A DNA stretch of 64,000 nt from Bordetella parapertussis (lineage in GTDB: Bacteria > Pseudomonadota > Gammaproteobacteria > Burkholderiales > SG8-39): NCBI GenBank assembly GCA_945861875.1, contig CAMAWC010000005.1, positions 684 through 64,683 on the forward strand, read 5' to 3'. The translations under genes and the position numbers were made by a program. Numbering within the stretch: position 1 is the stretch's first letter; each line of letters starts with the position of its first letter. This document shows positions 28,266 through 36,224 of this stretch, piece by piece. Below the pieces are notes generated by a model. It did not search any database. It was not told the DNA's origin and saw only the letters and a list, made by a program, of their open reading frames with translations.

Positions 28266-28364
28266 CAAAGGGGAGTAGCTTTTAGCAGCCCGTCGTCAAT
28301 ACGAAGCCCCAGGCTTCCGGCGCGGCTGGCAGCCGGAACACCGGTTGCAAGCGAGACCTTTGCC
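28266..28364 (+). promoter_or_regulatory. Second yybP-ykoY (Mn2+) riboswitch-like element
   Basis: CAAAGGGGAGUAGCuuuuagc...CUGGCAGCCGGaacaCCGGUUGCAAGCGAGACCUUUGCC. It has the same invariant ends and the same P1 pairing (CAAAGG/CCUUUG) as the minus-strand copy. Confidence 0.6.
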
Positions 28365-28393
28365 AGAACAAGCAAAGGTCCAGCCATGTGCGA

Positions 28394-28426
28394 GGCCTTT
28401 ACCTGTTTGAGGTAAAGGCTTTTTTG
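28394..28426 (+). terminator. Intrinsic terminator; likely the expression platform of the plus-strand riboswitch
   Basis: GCCTTTACC-tgtttga-GGTAAAGGC is a perfect 9-bp stem, followed by TTTTTTgTTT and located 32 nt before the next ATG. Confidence 0.8.
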
Positions 28427-28457
28427 TTTCATACTCGCAAAACTTTGGAGGTTCCAG

Positions 28458-28802
28458 ATGAGAAACGCAACGCTGCGACGCTACTTTCGCCACGGCATCT
28501 TCACCCAGTTGATGGTGTTTGAGGCGGTGGCCCGCCTTGGCAGCCTGACACGCGCCTCGGAAGAGCTGCACCTTGCACAGCCGACGGTCTCGGTGCAAAT
28601 GAAAAAACTTTCCGAATCGATGGGGGTCAAGCTGCTGCGCATGAGCGGGCGCGGCGTGGAACTCACCGATGCCGGACGCGAGCTGCTCGCCTGCTGCTGG
28701 GAAATCAGCGGGGCCCTTGGCCACCTGGAGGAGAGACTCGCACCATTGCGCCCGGCCAAGGACATCGCCATCCCGATACTCGCCCCCCCGCCGGAAGCCT
28801 GA
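28458..28802 (+). CDS. LysR-type HTH DNA-binding domain plus linker helix only (114 aa); no effector-binding domain
   Basis: GGAGG precedes the ATG by 6 nt. LMVFEAVARLGSLTRASEELHLAQPTVSVQMKKLSESMGVKLLRMSGRGVELTDAGRELL is a canonical LTTR N-terminus. The ORF stops about 20 aa after the linker helix. It could be a truncated remnant. Confidence 0.7.
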   Translation: MRNATLRRYFRHGIFTQLMVFEAVARLGSLTRASEELHLAQPTVSVQMKKLSESMGVKLLRMSGRGVELTDAGRELLACCWEISGALGHLEERLAPLRPAKDIAIPILAPPPEA

Positions 28803-28815
28803 TCGCCGGCGGCGC

Positions 28816-28844
28816 AAAAAAATGCCCGCGCGAGGCGGGCATTT
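28816..28844 (-). terminator. Intrinsic terminator of the convergent DctP-family gene
   Basis: The minus-strand RNA reads UGCCCGC-cucgc-GCGGGCA-UUUUUUU. Confidence 0.75.
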
Positions 28845-28861
28845 GGGCAGCTCCTGAAAAC

Positions 28862-29869
28862 TTACTTGACTGCCTGAACCTTGTCGTAGACGTCCTTGGG
28901 CCAGGGCAAAGCGCTTCCGTCGGGCAGTTTGCCTTCCTTGTAGTACTTTTGCACCGCCGCGATAAACGGCTTGCGGTCGACCTTGACCACGGTCTTGCCG
29001 CGCTTGGCAAAATCGGTCATCAGGTTCTTCTCGACATTGACGATCTCGGTGGTGGCACGGGTAGCCGCCTCACGATACACATCGACAAATATCTTCTTGT
29101 CCGCGTCAGACAGTTTCGCCCACAGCGGCGCGCCGATGATGGTGAGAAGCGCATCGGTGATATGAGCGGTGATGTTGATATGCGACTGCACTTCATAAAA
29201 CTTTTTCGCATCGATGGTCGGCAGCGGGTTTTCCTGCGCCTCGACCGTCTTGTTCTGCAACGCCAGGTATACCTCGGCAAACGCGATCGGCGTGGGGTTG
29301 GCGCCAACGGCACGTGGGAACAGCGTGTACAGAGGCGCATCGGGCACGCGAATCTTCAGTCCCTTCATGTCCTCGGGTTTGTTTAGCGCCTTGTTTGAGG
29401 TGGTCTGCCGGTCACCGTAATAGGTGATCGCCACCACTTTGTTGCCGCCGCTTGCCTTCTGGTAGCCGTCGGAAATCTCGCCAAACACCGCGCTGGTGGA
29501 GAATTTTTTCCAGTGATCGAAATCACGGAAGATGAAGGGCGCGCCACCAATCGAAATCGGCCCGAAGGTGCGCCCGGCGAAGAGCTGGCCGGTATAAATC
29601 ATGTCCACCGTACCCAGCGTCAGCCCCTGGTTAATGTCGGTTTCCTTGCCCAGCGACGAAGCCGGAAAAACCTCCACGGTGTAGCGGTTGGCGGTACGTT
29701 TGGCGATTTCGCCGGCGGCCCAGACAGCGGCGGTGTGATAGGCCTCGCTGATTTCGTAGACGTGGGCGAACTTGAGCTTGGTCTGCGCCTGTGCGGGTGC
29801 CGCGGCGACCGCAGCCAGTGCCAGCGCGGCCAGCGCAACACGGATACATCCTGAAAAAACGGATTTCAT
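28862..29869 (-). CDS. TRAP-type substrate-binding protein (DctP family), orphan
   Basis: Track ORF trimmed to MKSVFSGCIRVALAALALAAVAAAPAQA (GGAGGAAG Shine-Dalgarno). No adjacent dctQ or dctM. Confidence 0.85.
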   Translation of the reverse strand: MKSVFSGCIRVALAALALAAVAAAPAQAQTKLKFAHVYEISEAYHTAAVWAAGEIAKRTANRYTVEVFPASSLGKETDINQGLTLGTVDMIYTGQLFAGRTFGPISIGGAPFIFRDFDHWKKFSTSAVFGEISDGYQKASGGNKVVAITYYGDRQTTSNKALNKPEDMKGLKIRVPDAPLYTLFPRAVGANPTPIAFAEVYLALQNKTVEAQENPLPTIDAKKFYEVQSHINITAHITDALLTIIGAPLWAKLSDADKKIFVDVYREAATRATTEIVNVEKNLMTDFAKRGKTVVKVDRKPFIAAVQKYYKEGKLPDGSALPWPKDVYDKVQAVK

Positions 29870-29986
29870 TTTCTTCCTCCAGTGATTTTTGCAAACCCCG
29901 TCCGCCCCTGTAAAATCCGGGTCTCCTCGGGTGGCCTGCAAGAATTGCATAGCACCCCGCCAAAGTCAATCAAACGGCTGCCCGAC

Positions 29987-30892
29987 ATGTTGCCCATTCC
30001 CGACAGAGCGCATGACAACCGGCGGCGCGGTGTCCTGCTGATGGTCGGGGCCGCCCTGTGCTGGAGCCTGGGTGGCATCCTGGTGCGCAAGGTCAGCGTC
30101 CCCGACCCATGGGAAATCGTATTCTGGCGGTCATTTTTCATGAGCCTGTTCGTCGCGGCGGTCCTCGGCGCAAGCCACGGGGCGGCGACAATCGGCCGGA
30201 TTCGCGCCGTCGGCATCGGCGGCCTTGTATCCGGGCTGATGTTTGCGACCATGTTCTTTTGCTACATCCTGTCGCTGTCGCGCACCACCGTGGCCAACGT
30301 CGCGGCGCTGTCGGCAATCGCGCCCTTTCTTGTCGCTATTTTCGGCTGGCTGTTCCTCGCCGAGCGCATAGCGCTGCGCACCTGGCTGGCCATTCTCGCC
30401 GCGGTGGCCGGCGTGGTACTGATGTTCGCCGAGGGCATGGACAGCGGCCAGGTTGCGGGAAACCTGCTCGCCCTCGGCATTCCCCTGGGGTTCACCGTGA
30501 ACGTCTACGTGCTGCGGCGCATGCACGCGCGCGTCGACATGATCCCGGCGGTGATGATCGCCGGCATCCTGTCGGCCGCCATCGCCCTGCCCCTCGCCTG
30601 GCCGCTCACCCCGACACTGCCCGACATCGGCATTTTCATGCTGCTGGGCTTTGTCCAACTTGGACTGGGCTGCGTGCTGATGACGCGGGCGACGCGTTAC
30701 CTTTCATCCGGGGAAATCGGCCTGTATGCGCTGCTCGAGCACGTGCTCGCGCCGATCTGGGCATGGATCGGCGTGGGCGAACGGCCGCAGGACCTCGCAC
30801 TCGCCGGCGGCGTCATCGTGATCATTGCGCTAGCTGCAAACGAATGGCTGGACCTGCGCGCCCCACGAAGCGTGGCCGCGCTGAAAAAATAA
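29987..30892 (+). CDS. DMT superfamily (EamA-like) transporter
   Basis: Track ORF trimmed to MLPIPDRAHDNRRRGVLLMVGAALCWSLGG.... About 10 TM segments. Confidence 0.8.
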   Translation: MLPIPDRAHDNRRRGVLLMVGAALCWSLGGILVRKVSVPDPWEIVFWRSFFMSLFVAAVLGASHGAATIGRIRAVGIGGLVSGLMFATMFFCYILSLSRTTVANVAALSAIAPFLVAIFGWLFLAERIALRTWLAILAAVAGVVLMFAEGMDSGQVAGNLLALGIPLGFTVNVYVLRRMHARVDMIPAVMIAGILSAAIALPLAWPLTPTLPDIGIFMLLGFVQLGLGCVLMTRATRYLSSGEIGLYALLEHVLAPIWAWIGVGERPQDLALAGGVIVIIALAANEWLDLRAPRSVAALKK

Positions 30893-30916
30893 AAAAAGGG
30901 GGCAGCCGCCCCCTTT
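30893..30916 (-). terminator. Intrinsic terminator after qor (a weaker terminator on the plus strand)
   Basis: AAAAAAA-GGGGGC-agcc-GCCCCC-TTT. Confidence 0.65.
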
Positions 30917-30935
30917 CTGGCACTGCCGGCAAAGA

Positions 30936-31910
30936 CTAGGGGATCAGCACCAGCGACCCGGTGGTCTTGCGCGACTCCAGGTCGCGATGCGCCTGCGCCG
31001 CGTCCTTCAGCGCGTAGGTCTTGCTGATGTCGATCTTCACCTTACCCGAGAGCACGATGTCGAACAGATCCTTCGAGGTCGCCTCAAGATCGGCGCGCGT
31101 CCCGGCGTAATGGCCCAGCGTAGGCCGGGTGACAAACAGCGATCCCTTGGCCGAGAGGATTCCAAGATCAACGCCGGTGATCGGGCCCGAGGCGCTGCCG
31201 AAACTCACCATCAGGCCGCGCGGACGCAGGCAATCGAGCGAACCGAGCCAGGTATCCTTTCCGACCGAGTCATAAACAACGGGCACACGCGCACCGCCGG
31301 TGATCGCGTGCACACGTTCGACGAAATTCTCGGCGCGGTAATTGATGACGTGGTCGGCCCCCAGCGACTTGGCCAGCGCGCATTTCTCATCGCTGCCGGC
31401 GGTGCCGATGACGATGACACCCAGCGCCTTGAGCCACTGGCAGGCGATCTGACCGACACCGCCGGCAGCCGCGTGCCACAACACCGTCTCACCGGCCTTG
31501 GCCGGATAAATACGTTTGATCAGGTACTGCACGGTCATGCCCTGCAGCATCATCGAGGCACCCTGCTCGAAGGAGATCGTGTCGGGCAGGTTGCACAGCT
31601 TGTCGGCCGGCATGTTGCGTACTTCCGAGTACGCCCCCAGCGGCCCGGTGCCGTAGGCGACACGGTCGCCCGCCTTGACATTGCTGACCCCGGCGCCCAC
31701 CGCCTCGACCACGCCCGAACCCTCGGCGCCCAGGCCCGAGGGCAGCGGGTGCTTGTACAGACCGCTGCGATTGTAGGTATCGACAAAATTGACGCCCACC
31801 GCCTTGTGGCGCACTTGTGCTTCACCGGGTCCGGGGGCGCCTACCTCGACATCTTCCCACGCGAGAACTTCCGGACCGCCGGTTTTTTGAAATCGGATTG
31901 CTTTAGGCAT
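30936..31910 (-). CDS. qor: NADPH:quinone oxidoreductase (zeta-crystallin type MDR)
   Basis: Track ORF trimmed to MPKAIRFQKTGGPEVLAWEDVEV.... Nucleotide motif AAAGGVG. Confidence 0.88.
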   Translation of the reverse strand: MPKAIRFQKTGGPEVLAWEDVEVGAPGPGEAQVRHKAVGVNFVDTYNRSGLYKHPLPSGLGAEGSGVVEAVGAGVSNVKAGDRVAYGTGPLGAYSEVRNMPADKLCNLPDTISFEQGASMMLQGMTVQYLIKRIYPAKAGETVLWHAAAGGVGQIACQWLKALGVIVIGTAGSDEKCALAKSLGADHVINYRAENFVERVHAITGGARVPVVYDSVGKDTWLGSLDCLRPRGLMVSFGSASGPITGVDLGILSAKGSLFVTRPTLGHYAGTRADLEATSKDLFDIVLSGKVKIDISKTYALKDAAQAHRDLESRKTTGSLVLIP

Positions 31911-31988
31911 AGCTTGCTCCATGGAAAACACGCACCAAACGGTGCAAAAGGTCGATCAAGAAATCAGGACAAAAACGGATTGCGCGCC

Positions 31989-32453
31989 TTACTTCTTTTT
32001 CGGCGCGGACTGGGGCGGCTCCTCGCCTGCCTGCGGCTGCAGCATGTTCCACCACATCGCCGGGTCGGTCAGCGGATTGCCGGCTGCCGGCGGTGCGGCG
32101 GTCGGATTCGCCGCGGACGGGTTAAAGCCCGGGGCATTGAAAGCCGATGGCGACGCGGCCTGCGCCATGTGCGGCGCCGCCTGCTGTGCCGCCTGCATTC
32201 CCTGCTGCATCGCGGCAATCGTGGCTTTTTGCATTTCCAGGCCCTGGATGTTCATGCGCAGCATATTGAGGTTCATGCTGAGCCAGTTCTCCACCGACTT
32301 CAGATCGGCGATGCGCTTGTCGATTTCCGCGACATTGAAACTGGGGGTGACCATGCCGGGCATCCCCGGCATGGGCAGGCCCATGGGGGCCCACATTTTC
32401 TTGAGCATTTCGAGGGGATCGGGCATCGGGGAAGGATCGCTCATGGCGCGCAC
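31989..32453 (-). CDS. Met/Pro/Ala-rich protein with a Lys-rich C-terminus; possibly a PhaM-like PHA-granule regulatory protein
   Basis: 154 aa. ...LEMLKKMWAPMGLPMPGMPGMVTPSFNVAEIDKRIADLKSVENWLSMNLNMLR...SAPKKK. The family call is from memory of a similar motif and is tentative. Confidence 0.45.
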   Translation of the reverse strand: MRAMSDPSPMPDPLEMLKKMWAPMGLPMPGMPGMVTPSFNVAEIDKRIADLKSVENWLSMNLNMLRMNIQGLEMQKATIAAMQQGMQAAQQAAPHMAQAASPSAFNAPGFNPSAANPTAAPPAAGNPLTDPAMWWNMLQPQAGEEPPQSAPKKK

Positions 32454-32519
32454 CTGCGTGGATGTTCGGGCTTCTAGTCTAGCAGGCTGCGAAAAGCCCG
32501 CTGCCGGCCCGCCCCCGCC

Positions 32520-33674
32520 TCAGGCCGTCCCGCCGAGAAAGTCGAGCATTTCGTCGCGCCGCGCCATGGCGTCCTCGTAGCCAAGGTTGATCAGCGCACG
32601 GCAAAACGTCTTCTCGAACAGCAGGTAACTCGCCAGGTTGGAGCCGTTGGGTTTCATTGCGCCGATGGTGCGCAACAGGAATCGTATGGTCCAGGGCAAT
32701 TCATTGACGTGTGATGCCGCGATGCGCGAGATCTGGCGCGAGGGGGCAACCACCAGCACCTTTACCGGACGCAGCGGCAGTCCGCCGTTGGCGAGTTTGT
32801 CGGGCGGGACCAGGCTGATGGTCTTGTTGATGCGCTGCAGGCGCTCGATGTCGACGTTCAGGCTGTCAAGGAAGATGCTGTTCAGCGCATGGCCGGCGAT
32901 CTGCGCCAGTGACGGATAGGCATTGGAGCGCTGGCGGACCGCCTGGACGTCCTGCCGCCCGGTTCCTATCACCAGCACGCGATCGGCCCCGAGGTGAAGG
33001 GCCGGGCTGATGGGCGCAATCTGGCGCATCGAACCGTCGCCGAAATACTCGCGGTTTATTTTTACCGCCGGAAACATGAACGGCAGGGCCGACGAGGCCA
33101 TCAGGTACTCGACGCGCAAGGTGGTGGCGCAACCGATGCGCTGGTTGCGCTCCCAGGCGACCACATCCGGGCCGCCCTGGTAAAAGGAAACGCTCTGCCC
33201 GGAGGTGTAGCCCGAACAGGTGATCGACACCGCATAGAGCGACCCGGCGTCAATGTTTTCCTGGATGCGCGAAAAATCCAGGGTGCGCCGGATCATCTCC
33301 CCCAGCGGCGCGTTATCGAGCAGGGAAATCGGGTTGTTGCGATAGAGCAAGGTCAGCGCACCGAGCCAATGCGCGCCGCTTTTCGCAATGCCGGGAAAGT
33401 CGGAACGATAAACGTGGTGGACGTGAAAATTCTCCCATACGTCCAGCAGATGGCCCACCGCTTGGTCGAAATTGTCGGCATACACCGCAAGCGCCGCGGC
33501 ATTGATCGCCCCGGCCGAGGTGCCGCAGACGATCTTGAAGGGGTTCTGGTCGGGTTCGGGCAGCAGTTCGCGCACCGCCTTGAGCACCCCGACCTGGTAG
33601 GCAGCGCGCGCGCCACCGCCGGTCAGGATCAACCCCGCTTTACTCTTGGATGCCGCGCCGGCAGTCGTTGACAT
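32520..33674 (-). CDS. Patatin-like phospholipase family protein
   Basis: 384 aa with GGGARAAYQVGVL and the GTSAGA nucleophile elbow. Confidence 0.88.
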   Translation of the reverse strand: MSTTAGAASKSKAGLILTGGGARAAYQVGVLKAVRELLPEPDQNPFKIVCGTSAGAINAAALAVYADNFDQAVGHLLDVWENFHVHHVYRSDFPGIAKSGAHWLGALTLLYRNNPISLLDNAPLGEMIRRTLDFSRIQENIDAGSLYAVSITCSGYTSGQSVSFYQGGPDVVAWERNQRIGCATTLRVEYLMASSALPFMFPAVKINREYFGDGSMRQIAPISPALHLGADRVLVIGTGRQDVQAVRQRSNAYPSLAQIAGHALNSIFLDSLNVDIERLQRINKTISLVPPDKLANGGLPLRPVKVLVVAPSRQISRIAASHVNELPWTIRFLLRTIGAMKPNGSNLASYLLFEKTFCRALINLGYEDAMARRDEMLDFLGGTA

Positions 33675-33780
33675 TTGACTTGCGCCTCCCGCAGTCGGAC
33701 CTGTTATTGCGACTCGTGCGATTACGTGCCCCGCCCCGCAGGTCGCGCACGCCGAACCGCCATTCTGTCATGTATCAGGC

Positions 33781-36078
33781 CTACAACAACGCCGATTGCT
33801 GCCCGCGCTGGGCGTTTGCGTCAACCACCGTGAGCGCCGTCATATTGACAATGCGCCGCACCGTCGCTGTCGGGGTGATGATATGCACCGGCCTGGCGGC
33901 ACCGAGCAGGATGGGCCCGATGGTGATGCCATCCCCGGCCGCGGTCTTGAGCAGATTGAATGCGATGTTGGCCGCGTCCAATGTGGGCATGATCAGCAGG
34001 TTGGCCTGGCCTTTGAGGCGTGAGTTTGGGAATGCCGCACGCCGCACATCCTCCGACAAGGCCGCATCACCGTGCATCTCGCCCTCGACCTCGAGTTCCG
34101 GGGCCTGTGCCGCGATCATCTGTAGCGCCACGCGCATTTTTTTCGCGCTGGCTGAATCGCCGGTGCCAAAGGAAGAATGCGACAGCAGCGCCGCCTTGGG
34201 CGTGATACCGAAGCGGCGGATCTCCTCCGCCGCGAGCAGGGTCATTTCGGTGATCTGCTCGGCGTTCGGGTCGAGGTTGACGTAGGTGTCGCAGATGAAC
34301 ACCGTCTGCTGGGGCAGCAACAACACGTTCATGGCGTAATAATTATTGACGCCGGGGCGCCGGCCTATGACCTTGTCGATAAAATCAAGGTGCAGGGCAT
34401 GGGTGCCGAAGGTGCCGCAAATCATGCCATCGGCGTCGCCGCGGTGGATCAGCATGGCGCCGACCAGCGTGGCGCGCCGGCGCATTTCAATTTTTGCGTA
34501 CTGTTCCGACACGCCGCGGCGTTCGGTCAGTCGGTGGTATTCCTTCCAGTAATCGCGATAGCGCGGATCGCTCTCCAGATTGACAAGGTCAAAATCCCTG
34601 CCGGCCTGGATGCGCAACCCGAATTTTTCGATGCGCTTGTCCAGTATCGCCGGCCGGCCTATCAATATCGGCCTTGCCAGGCCCTCGTCAACAATCACCT
34701 GCACCGCGCGCAATACGCGCTCATCCTCGCCCTCGGCATAGACGATGCGCCGCTTCGGACCGCTCTTGGCGCCGTCGAACACCGGCTTCATGATCAGGCC
34801 GGAATGATAGACAAACTGCTGCAGCGACTCACGGTACGCGTCCCAGTCCTCGATCGGGCGGGTCGCCACGCCCGACTCGATCGCCGCGCGCGCAACAGCC
34901 GGGGCGATTTTCACGATCAGGCGCGGATCAAACGGCCGCGGGATCAGGTACTCGGGGCCGAAGGCGATGTTCGGCTCGCCGTAGGCCATGGCGACGATGT
35001 CCGACTGCTCGGCCTGCGCCAGTTCGGCGATAGCGTACACGGCGGCAAGTTCCATCTCCGGCGTGATGGTGGTCGCACCGACATCCAGCGCGCCGCGAAA
35101 AATGTAGGGAAAGCACAGGACGTTGTTGACCTGGTTGGGAAAATCCGAACGCCCGGTGGCGATCACCGCGTCCGGCCGCGCCGCACGCGCGAGGTCGGGC
35201 TGGATTTCCGGCTCCGGATTGGCCAGTGCCAGAATCAGCGGCCGTTCGGCCATTTTCTTGACCATTTCGGGCTTGAGCACCTTGCCCGCGGACAGGCCGA
35301 GGAACACATCGGCACCGGCCATCACATCACCGAGGGTGCGGCCCTTGATGTCCTTGGCGTAACGCGCCTTGTTATCATCCATTTCCTCCTTGCGCCCGGT
35401 GTAGACCACGCCGGCGATGTCGGTGACGATGATGTTTTTCATGTCCACGCCGACCTTGACCAGCAGGTCGAGGCAGGACAGCGCGGCCGCGCCGGCGCCC
35501 GACACCACCAATTTCACCTTGGCTATGTCCTTGCCCACCACCTTGAGGCCGTTGACGATGGCGGCGCTGACAATGATGGCGGTGCCGTGCTGGTCGTCGT
35601 GAAAGACCGGGATTTTCATGCGCGCGCGCAGTTTGCGCTCGACGATGAAACATTCGGGCGCCTTGATGTCCTCGAGGTTGATGCCGCCGAAGGTCGGCTC
35701 GAGCGAGGCGATGATATCGACCAGCTTGTCCGGGTCGCGCTCGTCGATCTCGATGTCGAACACGTCGATGCCGGCGAACTTCTTGAACAGCACCGCCTTG
35801 CCCTCCATCACCGGCTTGGAAGCAAGAGGGCCGATGGCGCCCAACCCGAGCACCGCGGTGCCGTTGGTGATCACCCCGACCAGGTTGCCGCGCGAGGTCA
35901 TGTTGCGCGCCTCGGCCGGGTCACGCACGATTTCGAGGCAGGCTTCGGCAACGCCGGGCGTGTAGGCGAGCGCAAGGTCGCGCTGGTTCACCAGTTGCTT
36001 GGTCGGTGCAATAGAAATCTTGCCGGGGCGCGGCAGTCGGTGATACTCCAGTGCCGCCTTTTTCAGTGAGTCAGGCAT
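33781..36078 (-). CDS. maeB: NADP-dependent malic enzyme (malic enzyme + PTA-like domain)
   Basis: Track ORF trimmed to [28 protein letters not shown].... 765 aa. Confidence 0.93.
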   Translation of the reverse strand: MPDSLKKAALEYHRLPRPGKISIAPTKQLVNQRDLALAYTPGVAEACLEIVRDPAEARNMTSRGNLVGVITNGTAVLGLGAIGPLASKPVMEGKAVLFKKFAGIDVFDIEIDERDPDKLVDIIASLEPTFGGINLEDIKAPECFIVERKLRARMKIPVFHDDQHGTAIIVSAAIVNGLKVVGKDIAKVKLVVSGAGAAALSCLDLLVKVGVDMKNIIVTDIAGVVYTGRKEEMDDNKARYAKDIKGRTLGDVMAGADVFLGLSAGKVLKPEMVKKMAERPLILALANPEPEIQPDLARAARPDAVIATGRSDFPNQVNNVLCFPYIFRGALDVGATTITPEMELAAVYAIAELAQAEQSDIVAMAYGEPNIAFGPEYLIPRPFDPRLIVKIAPAVARAAIESGVATRPIEDWDAYRESLQQFVYHSGLIMKPVFDGAKSGPKRRIVYAEGEDERVLRAVQVIVDEGLARPILIGRPAILDKRIEKFGLRIQAGRDFDLVNLESDPRYRDYWKEYHRLTERRGVSEQYAKIEMRRRATLVGAMLIHRGDADGMICGTFGTHALHLDFIDKVIGRRPGVNNYYAMNVLLLPQQTVFICDTYVNLDPNAEQITEMTLLAAEEIRRFGITPKAALLSHSSFGTGDSASAKKMRVALQMIAAQAPELEVEGEMHGDAALSEDVRRAAFPNSRLKGQANLLIMPTLDAANIAFNLLKTAAGDGITIGPILLGAARPVHIITPTATVRRIVNMTALTVVDANAQRGQQSALL

Positions 36079-36224
36079 GTTGGCCCTCGCGATTTTATTC
36101 TTATACGGGACTACGGCGTTTTTCTGTGACAATCCGCCGAAAAACACGGGCGTTGGCCAAGATTATAGAGCATCCACCAAGGCACAGGCGGCACCGGGAA
36201 AGCAATGGATGCCGCAGTAAATCC

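Noticed and set aside
27938-28415. Three overlapping plus-strand ORFs (115, 83 and 154 aa) rich in Cys, Met and Ile
   Set aside because: They cover the 22-bp tandem array in all three frames simultaneously. The repeat simply lacks stop codons, and a 22-bp period is incompatible with a coding repeat.
28296-28817. 173-aa minus-strand ORF overlapping the riboswitch, terminator and LysR-DBD region
   Set aside because: It is antisense to an ORF with an unmistakable LysR HTH. It has no motif and runs through a terminator hairpin.
34177-36069. 630-aa ORF antisense to maeB, and similar long antisense ORFs (2694..4157, 11732..12856, 30987..32477, 42158..43729, 47659..48924, 54955..55815)
   Set aside because: High-GC DNA gives long stop-free antisense frames. 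The opposite strand encodes proteins with clear family motifs in every case, and the antisense translations are Arg/Gly/Ala/His-rich with no motifs.
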